Below, piece after piece: positions 9,064-18,768 of a DNA stretch of 64,000 nt. Origin of the DNA: an uncultured Eubacteriales bacterium (GTDB lineage: Bacteria > Bacillota > Clostridia > Peptostreptococcales > Anaerovoracaceae); assembly GCA_902796965.1 (NCBI GenBank), contig CADBRA010000024.1, positions 13,706 to 77,705 on the forward strand. The letters are read 5' to 3'. Positions within the stretch are counted from its first letter, which is position 1; every line of letters begins with the position of its first letter. Both the position numbers and the translations under genes were made by a program. Under the pieces are notes generated by a model, which had not been told where the DNA came from, searched no databases, and saw nothing but the letters and a program-made list of their open reading frames with translations.

Positions 9064-10560
9064 TTATAATGTCGGCTTGCTGTCTTCGGCATGAATGTCA
9101 TCATATTCGCCGACCATGCGGTCATCGTTGAACAATTTGTTTGTCTTGTAATTCTGATCGATGAGTTCTACGGGATAGTCGCCGGTAAAGCACGCTGTGC
9201 AGATATTGTCACCGAGGCCGATGCATGACTTTAGTCCGTTGACAGGCAGGAATTTCAGAGAATCGACGCCGATATGCTCCCGCATCTCCTCTATCGTCTT
9301 GTTAGCAGCCATGAGCTTGTCTCTGTCAGGAGTGTCTATGCCCATGTAGCATGGATAAGCTACCGGCGGAGAGCTTATGCGCATGTGGATTTCCTTCACG
9401 CCGTTGTCTCTCAGCATTTTGGCAATCTTTACGCTTGTTGTGCCTCGTACGATGGAGTCATCGATCATGACTATTTTCTTTCCTTCGATATTTTCACGGA
9501 GCACGTTAAGCTTCATCATGACTGAAAGCTCTCTCATCTCCTGCGTAGGCTGTATGAATGTCCGGCCGACATATCTGTTTTTAATGAATCCTTCGCCGAA
9601 CGGTATGCCAGACTCCTCCGCATATCCGATTGCGGCTACAGTACCTGAGTCAGGAACAGCGATGACGAGATCGGCCTCAGTATCTTCTTTGTCTTCGCGT
9701 GCGAGGATTCTGCCTGCTTCGCGTCTCGACTGGTAGACTCCGACACCGTCTATATGGCTGTCTGTTCTTGCGAAATAAACGTATTCGAACGAGCACATCC
9801 TGTATTCTTCGGGGCCGTACATGTAGCTCTTCATCTCGCCGTCCTCGAATACGACCATTTCGCCAGGTTTCACGTCGCGTACAAACTTCGCTCCCTGAAG
9901 TGCGAATACGCAGCTCTCTGAAGCGAGTATATATCCGTTTTCAGTCTTTCCTATGCACAGCGGACGGATGCCGTGAGGATCCCTGACGCCGATGAGTTTA
10001 TTTCCCATTGTCATGACGAGCGCAAACCCGCCCTTGGCGATTCTGCACGTCTTCTGAACAGCTTCTTCGATAGTTCCGTTTCTGAGGTTCCTTGCAATAA
10101 GCGCTGCGATGACCTCTGTATCGATATCTGTCTGGAATATATATCCCTCGTCTTCCATCTGGTTTCTCATCGCGACGGCGTTTACGAGATTTCCGTTATG
10201 CGCCAGAGCCAGCGAACCGAATTTTGAATAGACAACTATCGGCTGAGCGTTAGTCACTTTGCTGCCGCCGGCGGTTGAATATCTGACGTGTCCGATGCCT
10301 ATGTCTCCCGGCAGTTTGGACATAACGTCATCGTTGAAAACCTCCTGAACGAGACCCATCTCTTTGTAACAGTTGATGTTTCCATACATGTTGGACGCAA
10401 TGCCTGCACTCTCCTGACCTCTGTGCTGCAGAGAGTGAAGTCCGAAATAAATATCCTTCGCAACGTTTTTCTGGCCTGGCGACGTGATTCCGATTACGCC
10501 GCATTCGTCATGGAACTTGTCATCGTCGAGAAGCTCTCTGACCCATTCATTTTTTTCCAT
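9064..10560 (-). CDS. purF: Amidophosphoribosyltransferase
   Basis: A propeptide is followed by CGVIGI, the Ntn catalytic Cys. A PRTase motif (IVMIDDSIVRGTT) and C-terminal Cys residues for an Fe-S cluster are present. Confidence 0.95.
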   Translation of the reverse strand: MEKNEWVRELLDDDKFHDECGVIGITSPGQKNVAKDIYFGLHSLQHRGQESAGIASNMYGNINCYKEMGLVQEVFNDDVMSKLPGDIGIGHVRYSTAGGSKVTNAQPIVVYSKFGSLALAHNGNLVNAVAMRNQMEDEGYIFQTDIDTEVIAALIARNLRNGTIEEAVQKTCRIAKGGFALVMTMGNKLIGVRDPHGIRPLCIGKTENGYILASESCVFALQGAKFVRDVKPGEMVVFEDGEMKSYMYGPEEYRMCSFEYVYFARTDSHIDGVGVYQSRREAGRILAREDKEDTEADLVIAVPDSGTVAAIGYAEESGIPFGEGFIKNRYVGRTFIQPTQEMRELSVMMKLNVLRENIEGKKIVMIDDSIVRGTTSVKIAKMLRDNGVKEIHMRISSPPVAYPCYMGIDTPDRDKLMAANKTIEEMREHIGVDSLKFLPVNGLKSCIGLGDNICTACFTGDYPVELIDQNYKTNKLFNDDRMVGEYDDIHAEDSKPTL

Positions 10561-10618
10561 ACTTTTCTTTTCCTCTCCGGATACTCTGATATATCTGTAT
10601 CTGTTTCAGCCCGCAGGA

Positions 10619-11101
10619 CTATTTTGTCTGCATTGCGGCATCATCAGCAGCTACCGAATCAGCCATCTCATGTCTGTAGGTCTTCATCTTTTCTCTGAGT
10701 TCCGGATATTTGATCGAAAGCATCTGAACCGCGAGAATTCCAGCATTTTCGGCTCCGTTTATCGCAACTGTTGCCACAGGAATTCCTTTTGGCATCTGAA
10801 CCGTCGAAAGAAGTGAATCCAATCCGTCCAGCGTCGAAGACTTGATAGGGAGACCTATTACAGGCACTGTCGTATATGAAGCCAGCACGCCGCCAAGGTG
10901 CGCTGCCTTTCCTGCTGCTGATATTATAACTTCAATGCCGTTTTCCTCTGCTTCAGAAGCGAATTTCTGAGCTGCAAGCGGAGTTCTGTGAGCTGAAATT
11001 ACGCGGGTAACATATTCGACACCAAACTTTTCGAGCATGCCTTCTGCCTTTTCGACGACAGAATAATCCGACTTGCTTCCCATCACTATTCCGACTTTCA
11101 T
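10619..11101 (-). CDS. purE: PurE (N5-CAIR mutase / AIR carboxylase family)
   Basis: MKVGIVMGSKSDY and SAHRTP motifs. No purK lies adjacent. Confidence 0.9.
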   Translation of the reverse strand: MKVGIVMGSKSDYSVVEKAEGMLEKFGVEYVTRVISAHRTPLAAQKFASEAEENGIEVIISAAGKAAHLGGVLASYTTVPVIGLPIKSSTLDGLDSLLSTVQMPKGIPVATVAINGAENAGILAVQMLSIKYPELREKMKTYRHEMADSVAADDAAMQTK

Positions 11102-11188
11102 ATATTATGTCCTTTCATTAACTGAAAATGTAATTTATCAAAAAGCAAACCGACGATGACGGCCGGGCGGCCGCCACCGCGATGTTTT

Positions 11189-14100
11189 TTATCTGAAATA
11201 TGCAGTACCCGACTCGAAAAGCTTCTGATCCCTTTCGCCTGGAACATTCTTATACAGGTTTCTGCCTATGCGCTCCGAATGACCCATCTTGCCGAACACT
11301 CTCCCGTCAGGTGAGAATATGCCCTCTATTGCCTGAACCGAGTTGTTTGGATTATACGCAGCAAGTGATGTAGGCTCACCGTCAATATCGACATACTGAG
11401 TTGCTATCTGGCCATTTGCCGCCATCTCCGCTATAAGCTTATCATCTGCTACGAATCTTCCCTCTCCGTGAGATACAGGTATGAGGTGAATATCGCCTAC
11501 GTTTACACCTGCCATCCACGGTGAATGAACAGACGCTACTCTCGTGCGCACAAGACACGATGCGTGTCTGCCTATCGTATTGTATGTCAAGGTCGGGCTG
11601 TTTTCATTCATCTCTGTAATCTTTCCATAAGGGACGAGCCCGAGCTTGATGAGCGCCTGGAATCCGTTGCAGATTCCGAGTATGAGACCGTCTCTGTTGT
11701 CGAGCAGATTCATTACGGCATCGCATACTGCAGGATTCCTGAATACCGCTGTTATGAATTTTGCCGATCCGTCAGGCTCATCTCCTCCAGAGAATCCTCC
11801 CGGTATCATTATTATCTGGCTGTTATTTATATTTTTCACCATCTGAGCGATTGACCTGTCGAGACTGTCCTGAGTCAGATTCGTTATGTTCTGGACGATC
11901 GGAACAGCACCGGCTCTCTCAAATGCTCTCGCACTGTCAACTTCGCAGTTTGTTCCCGGAAAAGCCGGAATGAAAACTCTTGGCTTTGCAGTCGATCCTG
12001 GGTACATAGTACGGAAAACAGGCTCGTGGATTCTGCGACCCGGCGTGCGCTCCGCGCACACGAACTTCGTAAGCGGAGTATCGTCGTGAGGAGCATCAGC
12101 AGGAAAAACAGATTCAAGCGGAGCTGTCCATCTCTTTACGATTTCATCGAGGCTGAACGTCTGCCCTTCCGCTTTTATTGATTTTTCTTCTGTCGTCCTC
12201 CCGGCAACTATGTACGGCACATCTCCAAATATAGAATTGAGGTCCTCGCTGCCGTCGATTTCCAGCAGTATGCCGCCGCAGTCGATGTTCCTGAGCGATT
12301 CAGCCGACGTACCACTCAGATCTGCTCCGATCATGTTTCCTGCTGCCATCTTTACAGCTGTCACAAATATGCCGCCGGTCTCTATGATGTCAGCTGCAAG
12401 AACCTTTCCCGCAGATGTGAGCTCCATGACCTTAGCCATATTATTTCTGTATTGTTCAAAATCAATGATGTTGTTACTGTCGTGACCTGCAGTAACATGT
12501 ACGATATAGCTGCCCGCTTTTTTGAATTCCGTCGAGAGCACGTTTTCAGTCCTGTCGGCAGTTACAGCAAATGAAATCAGCGTAGGAGGAACGTCAATAT
12601 GCTCGAATGTTCCTGACATGCTGTCCTTGCCGCCGATAGACGGTATTCTGAGTTCGGCCTGAGCGAGCACTCCGCCGAGCAGAGCCTCAAATGGGAGCGA
12701 CCATCTCTCCGGATCCTGTCCCAGCTTCTCAAAATATTCCTGAAAAGAAAGCCTTGCTTTTCTGTAGTCTCCACCCATTGCGACGATGCGCGTAGTGCTG
12801 TCAACGACAGAATTAATCGCGCCGTGGAACGGACTCGCCTTTGCGACAGCCGGGTTGAATCCGTAAGTCATAAGCGTGCATGTATCTGTATCTCCGTGAA
12901 GCACAGGAAGCTTCGCGGACATTCCTGCTGAAGGAGACAGCTGATATTTTCCGCCGAGAGGCATGAGAACAGAGCCTGCGCCTATCGTGCTGTCGAATCT
13001 TTCCGTAAGACCCTTCTGACTTGCGCAGTTAAGGTCGTCAAGCATGCTCATGAGATCTGTATCAGTATAGTTATACAGATTCTGATAATCAGAGCTGTCC
13101 TTTACTCTGACAGTCATGCGCTGCTTTACGCCGTTTGTATCAAGGAATTTCCTTGGAAGATCAAATATGCACTTGTTTCTCCAGTACATTCTCACATATC
13201 CGGTATTTGTAACGTCTGCCACAACAACGGCTTCGAGATTTTCTTCTGCGGCAGCTTCTATGAATCTATCAGCGTCGCCTGCAGCTACAACGACAGCCAT
13301 TCTCTCCTGAGATTCCGAAATTGCCAGCTCTGTTCCATCAAGTCCTTCGTATTTCTTTGGAACTCTGTCGAGGTATATCTCAAGACTGTCGGCAAGTTCT
13401 CCTACAGCAACCGATACGCCGCCAGCACCAAAGTCATTGCAGCGCTTTATAAGCGTCGAAATCTCTTTTCTTCTGAAAAGCCTCTGAAGATTTCTCTCTA
13501 CAGGCGGATTACCTTTTTGTACTTCTGCGCCTGATGTGAGTATCAATTTTTCGGTATGTTTTTTTGATGAGCCTGTTGCACCGCCGCACCCGTCACGGCC
13601 TGTCCTGCCTCCGACAAGTATTACAACATCACCGGGAACCGGTCTTTTTCTGACTACGTTTGAAGCGGGAGCCGCACCTATTACAGCTCCGACTTCCATC
13701 CTCTTAGCGATGTATCCTTCATCGTAGACTTCTGCCACTTTGCCCGTCGCGATGCCGATCTGATTGCCGTATGCGCTGTAGCCGTGTGCAGCCTCTGTAG
13801 TGATTTTTCTCTGAGGGAGCTTGCCTTTAAGCGTTTCTTTTATGCTCGTCCTCGGATCGCCACTGCCTGTAACCCTCATGGCCTGATATACATATACTCT
13901 GCCCGAAAGCGGATCTCTGATCGCCCCGCCGAGGCACGTCGCTGCGCCGCCGTAAGGCTCTATTTCTGTAGGATGGTTGTGTGTTTCATTTTTAAACATC
14001 ACGAGCCAGTTTTCCGGTTCACCGTCCACATCAGCAGTGACTTTTATGCTGCAGGCGTTTATCTCTTCTGATTCGTCAAGATCATCTGCCAGTCCGAGCT

Positions 14101-14959
14101 TTTTGATGTATTTCGTGCCGATCGTACCCATGTCCATTAGCGTTATGTCTCTCGATTCAGCGTCGTCTCCATATACATCTTTTCTGATCTGGAGATATCT
14201 TTCGAATGCCTTTCTGATGATATCAGAATATTTTCCTCCTTCGAAGCTGAAATCGGTGAGACTTGTCGCAAACGTAGTGTGTCTGCAGTGATCGGACCAG
14301 TACGTATCGATAACCTTGAGCTCTGTGAGCGTCGGCTCTCTGTGCTCCTCCGCATTGTAATAATCCCTGACGAACAGAAGATCATCGTCGCTCATGGCAA
14401 AATCCATGCGGATCCTGTAGTCTACGATCTCCTGATCAGACATATTCATGAATCCGGTGATCTCAGGAACATCGTCGGGAATTTCGGCCTCCGATGCGAG
14501 AGTTTCAGGCTTTTCCATGGAAGCTTCTCTTGAATCTACCGGATTTATTAAGTAATGCTTTATTTCTTCACCCTGCTCATCTGTCACATCGCCGTAAAGC
14601 AGCACTATCCTCGCTGACTTTACAGCCGGCTTCTGTCCGACGCTGATGAGCTGTATGCACTGCGCAGCCGAATCAGAGCGCTGATCATACTGCCCCGGCA
14701 GAAATTCTGATGCGAAACTGTAGTCGGCATCTGAAATATCTACACTTTCTTCATAGATCATATCGACAGCCGGTTCAGCGAAAACCTCAGTCTTGACTTC
14801 TTCATAGAGCGCGTCATCTATCCCGTCTATGTCATATCTGTTCAGTATTCTGACAGATTTTACACCGTTTATACCCAGATTATCGTTAATGTCAGCACAT
14901 AGTCCCTGTGCTTCGACATCAAAACCGTTCTTTTTTTCGACAAATATTCTTCTGACCAT
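11189..14959 (-). CDS. purL: Single-chain FGAM synthase (PurL fused with the glutaminase domain)
   Basis: ~1256 aa with a C-terminal GATase domain (GICNGFQAL). I place the start at the ATG at 14957-14959, which is preceded by TAGGAGGAAACGG. The 43 codons of the track ORF upstream of this ATG have no SD. Confidence 0.93.
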   Translation of the reverse strand: MVRRIFVEKKNGFDVEAQGLCADINDNLGINGVKSVRILNRYDIDGIDDALYEEVKTEVFAEPAVDMIYEESVDISDADYSFASEFLPGQYDQRSDSAAQCIQLISVGQKPAVKSARIVLLYGDVTDEQGEEIKHYLINPVDSREASMEKPETLASEAEIPDDVPEITGFMNMSDQEIVDYRIRMDFAMSDDDLLFVRDYYNAEEHREPTLTELKVIDTYWSDHCRHTTFATSLTDFSFEGGKYSDIIRKAFERYLQIRKDVYGDDAESRDITLMDMGTIGTKYIKKLGLADDLDESEEINACSIKVTADVDGEPENWLVMFKNETHNHPTEIEPYGGAATCLGGAIRDPLSGRVYVYQAMRVTGSGDPRTSIKETLKGKLPQRKITTEAAHGYSAYGNQIGIATGKVAEVYDEGYIAKRMEVGAVIGAAPASNVVRKRPVPGDVVILVGGRTGRDGCGGATGSSKKHTEKLILTSGAEVQKGNPPVERNLQRLFRRKEISTLIKRCNDFGAGGVSVAVGELADSLEIYLDRVPKKYEGLDGTELAISESQERMAVVVAAGDADRFIEAAAEENLEAVVVADVTNTGYVRMYWRNKCIFDLPRKFLDTNGVKQRMTVRVKDSSDYQNLYNYTDTDLMSMLDDLNCASQKGLTERFDSTIGAGSVLMPLGGKYQLSPSAGMSAKLPVLHGDTDTCTLMTYGFNPAVAKASPFHGAINSVVDSTTRIVAMGGDYRKARLSFQEYFEKLGQDPERWSLPFEALLGGVLAQAELRIPSIGGKDSMSGTFEHIDVPPTLISFAVTADRTENVLSTEFKKAGSYIVHVTAGHDSNNIIDFEQYRNNMAKVMELTSAGKVLAADIIETGGIFVTAVKMAAGNMIGADLSGTSAESLRNIDCGGILLEIDGSEDLNSIFGDVPYIVAGRTTEEKSIKAEGQTFSLDEIVKRWTAPLESVFPADAPHDDTPLTKFVCAERTPGRRIHEPVFRTMYPGSTAKPRVFIPAFPGTNCEVDSARAFERAGAVPIVQNITNLTQDSLDRSIAQMVKNINNSQIIMIPGGFSGGDEPDGSAKFITAVFRNPAVCDAVMNLLDNRDGLILGICNGFQALIKLGLVPYGKITEMNENSPTLTYNTIGRHASCLVRTRVASVHSPWMAGVNVGDIHLIPVSHGEGRFVADDKLIAEMAANGQIATQYVDIDGEPTSLAAYNPNNSVQAIEGIFSPDGRVFGKMGHSERIGRNLYKNVPGERDQKLFESGTAYFR

Positions 14960-15070
14960 CCGTTTCCTCCTAAAACGTATATGGAAAACCATGGAACGGT
15001 ACAGCCGGGCTGCCCCTTTCCAAATTAATTTCAGTATATCAGCTTTGACTTTTATATTCAACGCTGTGGC

Positions 15071-15079
15071 ATTATACCA
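15071..15079 (-). promoter_or_regulatory. Candidate extended -10 promoter (TGGTATAAT) for the pur operon
   Basis: The minus strand reads ...ACATGTGGTATAATGCC about 110 nt upstream of the purL ATG. The -35 is poor. Confidence 0.4.
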
Positions 15080-15222
15080 CATGTACAAAAGTTCATGCTT
15101 TCTGCCTTAAAAAAACGAAAAAGCAGCACTCGGAACCTGTACAATTCCTTATGCTGCCTTGTATTCCCATATTGTTATTTTATGTATTACAGATCTGTTA
15201 TCAGGTGCGCATCTGAAACATC

Positions 15223-16413
15223 TTATAAATCTGCTGACTGTGGTACAGCAGGAGAATTCATTCTGTTTCTGATCATCGCTCTGATGTATACTTTTAAAAC
15301 TCCCTTCGCAAACTCAATCTCCGAATACCGGCCGAATACAGCGTCTCTGGCTCTTATGCCCATATGCTCTGTGAGATCCGGATTTCCGATCATCATACTG
15401 AGCTTACTGCTGAAATCATCCAGACTGCTGTATGTATATCCTGTCAGCCCGTTCTGGACGACACCGTGCAGACATTCATCTGCTCTGCACAGAAGCGGAA
15501 GCCCGCTCGCCATTGCCTCTATATATGTAAGACCCTGTGTCTCACTCTGCGAAGCACTGACGAATATTCTGCCAAGTGCGTAGTAATCAGCTACTTCATC
15601 AGGTTTCACCATGCCTGCAAATATTACCTTGTCAGCAATATTATGCGTTTCAGCCTGCTCCTGAAGATCTTTGCGATAAGGTCCGTCTCCGACTATCAGC
15701 AGTCTGAGCGATGCATCATCCTGTGCTCCCACATAATTCAGCAGTTCGCTGATATTCTTTTCTTTGGCGAGTCTGCCAAGATACACGATGACTTTTTCAC
15801 TGCCGGTGATTCCGAGCCTTTTCTTTATATCTTCCGTCTTCGCACTGTCTGCCATTCCAAACTGATCGAGTTTCAGTCCCGACGGGACCACCGCGACAGG
15901 TGTTGCAACGCCGTAGTATTCGAGAAAACTCCTGATCTTTTCCGTAGGAACGATGACTTCGTCTGCTGTTCTGATAATCATCTTTGAATATACAGCGGCG
16001 AGAAATCTGCCGATTTTTTCGTTAGGGCAGAAATACTTCGTATAATCCTCATAAATCGTATGATACGTGTGCACAATCGGACAGCCGCACGCCTTTGAAA
16101 CCCTCTTCGCAAGAAAATACGTAAAAAACTCGCACTGACTGTGCACAATGTCAGGACACCAGTTTTCCAGATCCTTTATATATTTGTGGCCTGATGTGAC
16201 CATAAACCTTGCTCCCGGATATATTTTTCCTGCCCCCGCGGAACCTATATATGTCACATTTCCTTCTTTTCTTGAATGTCTGTCTCCGGACAGCGTCAAT
16301 ATTCTTACTTCACATCCTAGTTTCTGAAGCCCCTCACAGAGGTTCAGCACGGACGTAACAACACCATTTACAGCCGGCTTGTACCAGTCGGTGGTGATCA
16401 ACACCTTCATCAT
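15223..16413 (-). CDS. GT4-family glycosyltransferase (diacylglycerol glycosyltransferase-like)
   Basis: The N-terminus MKVLITTDWYKPAVNGVV and the C-terminal segment SETQGLTYIEAMASGLP (EX7E-type region) fit GT4. The ATG at 16413 has a GAGG SD. Confidence 0.8.
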   Translation of the reverse strand: MMKVLITTDWYKPAVNGVVTSVLNLCEGLQKLGCEVRILTLSGDRHSRKEGNVTYIGSAGAGKIYPGARFMVTSGHKYIKDLENWCPDIVHSQCEFFTYFLAKRVSKACGCPIVHTYHTIYEDYTKYFCPNEKIGRFLAAVYSKMIIRTADEVIVPTEKIRSFLEYYGVATPVAVVPSGLKLDQFGMADSAKTEDIKKRLGITGSEKVIVYLGRLAKEKNISELLNYVGAQDDASLRLLIVGDGPYRKDLQEQAETHNIADKVIFAGMVKPDEVADYYALGRIFVSASQSETQGLTYIEAMASGLPLLCRADECLHGVVQNGLTGYTYSSLDDFSSKLSMMIGNPDLTEHMGIRARDAVFGRYSEIEFAKGVLKVYIRAMIRNRMNSPAVPQSADL

Positions 16414-16785
16414 TATTTTCCTCACTTTCCCCTTCAGTCAAGCATATACTATTGTCAGGAAATTAGAGAAAAATTAAAAATAGTTAAACAGATTATAAAA
16501 AATATTAAGAATTAATGATAATCAAATTGAAACACCACGCAAAGAGCCCGCAGCGATTGAATATGCAAAAAATGCATCTGCAGCTTATCAGATACTGCAC
16601 GAAATATACAGGTGAAAAATCATGCAGCACGGCGCGGATAATAAATTCAAGCCGAGCCCGTGTCCGCTCCGCGGACAATGCGGCCGGAGGCCGCGAAAAA
16701 GCCGGAAACAATCTGATGCTCCCGGCTGTCTGTATCTTTTCCTTTTATTTTCTTTTTACATATCCGCATGCAAATGCCTGTCTGA

Positions 16786-18678
16786 TCATTTTCTGCTGCC
16801 GCTTCCCAGCATTCTCATGGAGTTGAGTATGCAGATGACCGCCACACCGACATCTCCGAATACAGCTTCCCACATGTTTGCAAGGCCGAATGCTCCCAGT
16901 GCAAGTATAGAGAGCTTGACTGCAAGTGCAAAAACTATATTCTGTCTGACTATGCGCATTGTCTTGCGCGCAATCCTCATCAGCACAGGAAGTTTTCCGA
17001 GATCATCGTCCATGATCACGACATCCGCCGCTTCTATGGCTGCGTCTGATCCCATGCTTCCCATCGCTATGCCAACATCAGACCGCATCAGGACCGGAGC
17101 ATCGTTTATGCCGTCGCCGACAAACGCAAGTCTGCCGCCCCCGGACTGCTCTCTGTCGAGGAGCTTTTCAACCACTCCGACTTTATCAGCCGGAAGCAGC
17201 TCCGAATAGACCTCGTCAATCCCGATCTTTGAAGCGGCGTCATCCGCAGCTTCTTTTCTGTCACCTGTGAGCATTACAGTTTTTGTGATTCCATTCTGTC
17301 TGAGACCGTTTACTGCGCCGATGCTGCTTTCCTTTATGGCATCGCTGATTACGACGGAACCGAGAAATCTGCCGTCCTGTGATGTATATACAACGGTTCC
17401 GGCAGATCCGTTCTTTTCGAACGCAACTCCGTGGTTTTCCATGAGAAGTTTATTTCCTACCAGTATTTCGCTTCCGTCAAGATGAGTTATGATGCCGCGG
17501 CCGGCCTCTTCTTCAGTGCCATTAACGGCATGTTCATCGAAATCCTTTCCGTACGCTCTTTTGATTGACTGTGCAATAGGATGATTTGAGTACCGTTCCG
17601 CAAACGCTGTTTTTTCAAGAAGTTCCTCTTCTGTTACCCCCGCAGCCGGCCTTATTTCATTAACCTCAAACTCGCCCTTTGTAAGTGTGCCTGTCTTGTC
17701 GAATACTACTGTTTTAAGCTCAGACGCTGTCTCCAGATAATTGCTGCCCTTGACAAGTATGCCCGCTTTTGATGCTGCTCCTATGCCGCCGAAAAATCCG
17801 AGCGGAACAGATATAACAATAGCGCACGGGCATGAAACGATCAGAAAAATACATGCACGCTGAATCCAGTTGCTCCATTCACCGCCGAATAAGAGCGGCG
17901 GAACAAGAGCTAAAACGACAGCGCCCAATGTAACAATCGGAGTATAATATCTCGCGAAGTGTGTGATAAAGTTTTCTGTCTTTGCTTTTCTCGAGCTTGC
18001 ATCCTCAACGAGTTCAAGTATTCTGGAGACGGTCGAATCCTCGAACGTACTCGTCGTCCTGACTCTCAGCGTTCCGCTGCCGTTGACGCAGCCGCTGATG
18101 ATATCGCTGCCATCTGAAACTTTTCTCGGCACCGATTCTCCTGTGAGAGCTGCTGTATCCAGCATTGATGTGCCCTCTATCACTATACCGTCGAGCGGAA
18201 CTCTTTCGCCGGGCATTATCACAATCGTGCTCCCGGTATCCACGCCATCCGGATCGACTTTTATTATCTTTCCTCCGACCTCGAGATTGGCATACTGCGG
18301 AACTATATTCATGAGGTCCGTGATAGATTTTCTCGACCTCTCAACAGCGTAGTTCTGGAAGAGCTCGCCCACCTGATAGAACAGCATGACAGCGACTGCT
18401 TCAGAATACTCTCTGACGCCTAACGCACCGAACGTCGCTATCATCATAAGAAAGTTCTCATCAAAAACCTGGCCGTGTGAAATATTCACAAAAGCCTTTT
18501 TCAGCACGTCATATCCGACGATCAGATACGGTATCATGTAGAGCGCAAAACTCAGCCAGGGATATTTTTCAGAATCCGCCGGACCGGTATTTTGAAAGAT
18601 TATAACTGCAGCATATAACGCACCAGCTGTTATGATGCGTGCAAGCCACCTTTTCTGCTTATTATTCAAAGATCCCAT
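16786..18678 (-). CDS. cadA: P1B-type heavy-metal (Cd/Zn/Co-type) translocating ATPase lacking an N-terminal metal-binding domain
   Basis: The CPC motif (SCPCAIVISVP), DKTGTLT and GDGINDAP are present. The protein begins directly with TM helices. SD AAGGAG. Confidence 0.88.
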   Translation of the reverse strand: MGSLNNKQKRWLARIITAGALYAAVIIFQNTGPADSEKYPWLSFALYMIPYLIVGYDVLKKAFVNISHGQVFDENFLMMIATFGALGVREYSEAVAVMLFYQVGELFQNYAVERSRKSITDLMNIVPQYANLEVGGKIIKVDPDGVDTGSTIVIMPGERVPLDGIVIEGTSMLDTAALTGESVPRKVSDGSDIISGCVNGSGTLRVRTTSTFEDSTVSRILELVEDASSRKAKTENFITHFARYYTPIVTLGAVVLALVPPLLFGGEWSNWIQRACIFLIVSCPCAIVISVPLGFFGGIGAASKAGILVKGSNYLETASELKTVVFDKTGTLTKGEFEVNEIRPAAGVTEEELLEKTAFAERYSNHPIAQSIKRAYGKDFDEHAVNGTEEEAGRGIITHLDGSEILVGNKLLMENHGVAFEKNGSAGTVVYTSQDGRFLGSVVISDAIKESSIGAVNGLRQNGITKTVMLTGDRKEAADDAASKIGIDEVYSELLPADKVGVVEKLLDREQSGGGRLAFVGDGINDAPVLMRSDVGIAMGSMGSDAAIEAADVVIMDDDLGKLPVLMRIARKTMRIVRQNIVFALAVKLSILALGAFGLANMWEAVFGDVGVAVICILNSMRMLGSGSRK

Positions 18679-18697
18679 AAAAACACTCCTTCATGTT

Positions 18698-18739
18698 TCT
18701 GACATACCGGCGGCAATCCCTTTCCGCCGGTATGTCAGA
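18698..18739 (-). other. Perfect 16-bp stem / 10-nt loop hairpin in the HMA-ATPase intercistronic spacer
   Basis: TCTGACATACCGGCGG-caatcccttt-CCGCCGGTATGTCAGA. No U-tract follows it on the coding strand. It ends 6 nt before the ATPase SD. Confidence 0.8.
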
Positions 18740-18768
18740 CATTATCCCCTGATTCCAGTTTCACAAAG

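Noticed and set aside
11102-11188. GC-rich GGCGGCC-GCCC-GGCCGUC stem between purL and purE as an internal terminator
   Set aside because: The U-run begins about 13 nt after the stem, so it is unlikely to be an efficient intrinsic terminator. I noted it only as an intra-operon structure.
14960-15088. 43-codon N-terminal extension of the purL track ORF
   Set aside because: It has no SD. A strong TAGGAGG precedes the internal ATG at 14959, and FGAM synthases begin near MVRRIFVEKK-like sequence.
16426-16785. Possible small genes in the 360-bp spacer between the P-type ATPase and GT4 (68-aa minus ORF, 103-aa plus ORF)
   Set aside because: No SDs are present and the composition is Cys/Phe/Ile-rich and non-coding-like. 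The spacer is better explained by hairpins and promoter DNA.
15095-17209. Plus-strand ORFs of 162, 207 and 195 aa (15095-15583, 15364-15987, 16622-17209)
   Set aside because: They are antisense to the GT4 glycosyltransferase and the P-type ATPase, with non-protein-like composition. They are shadow ORFs.
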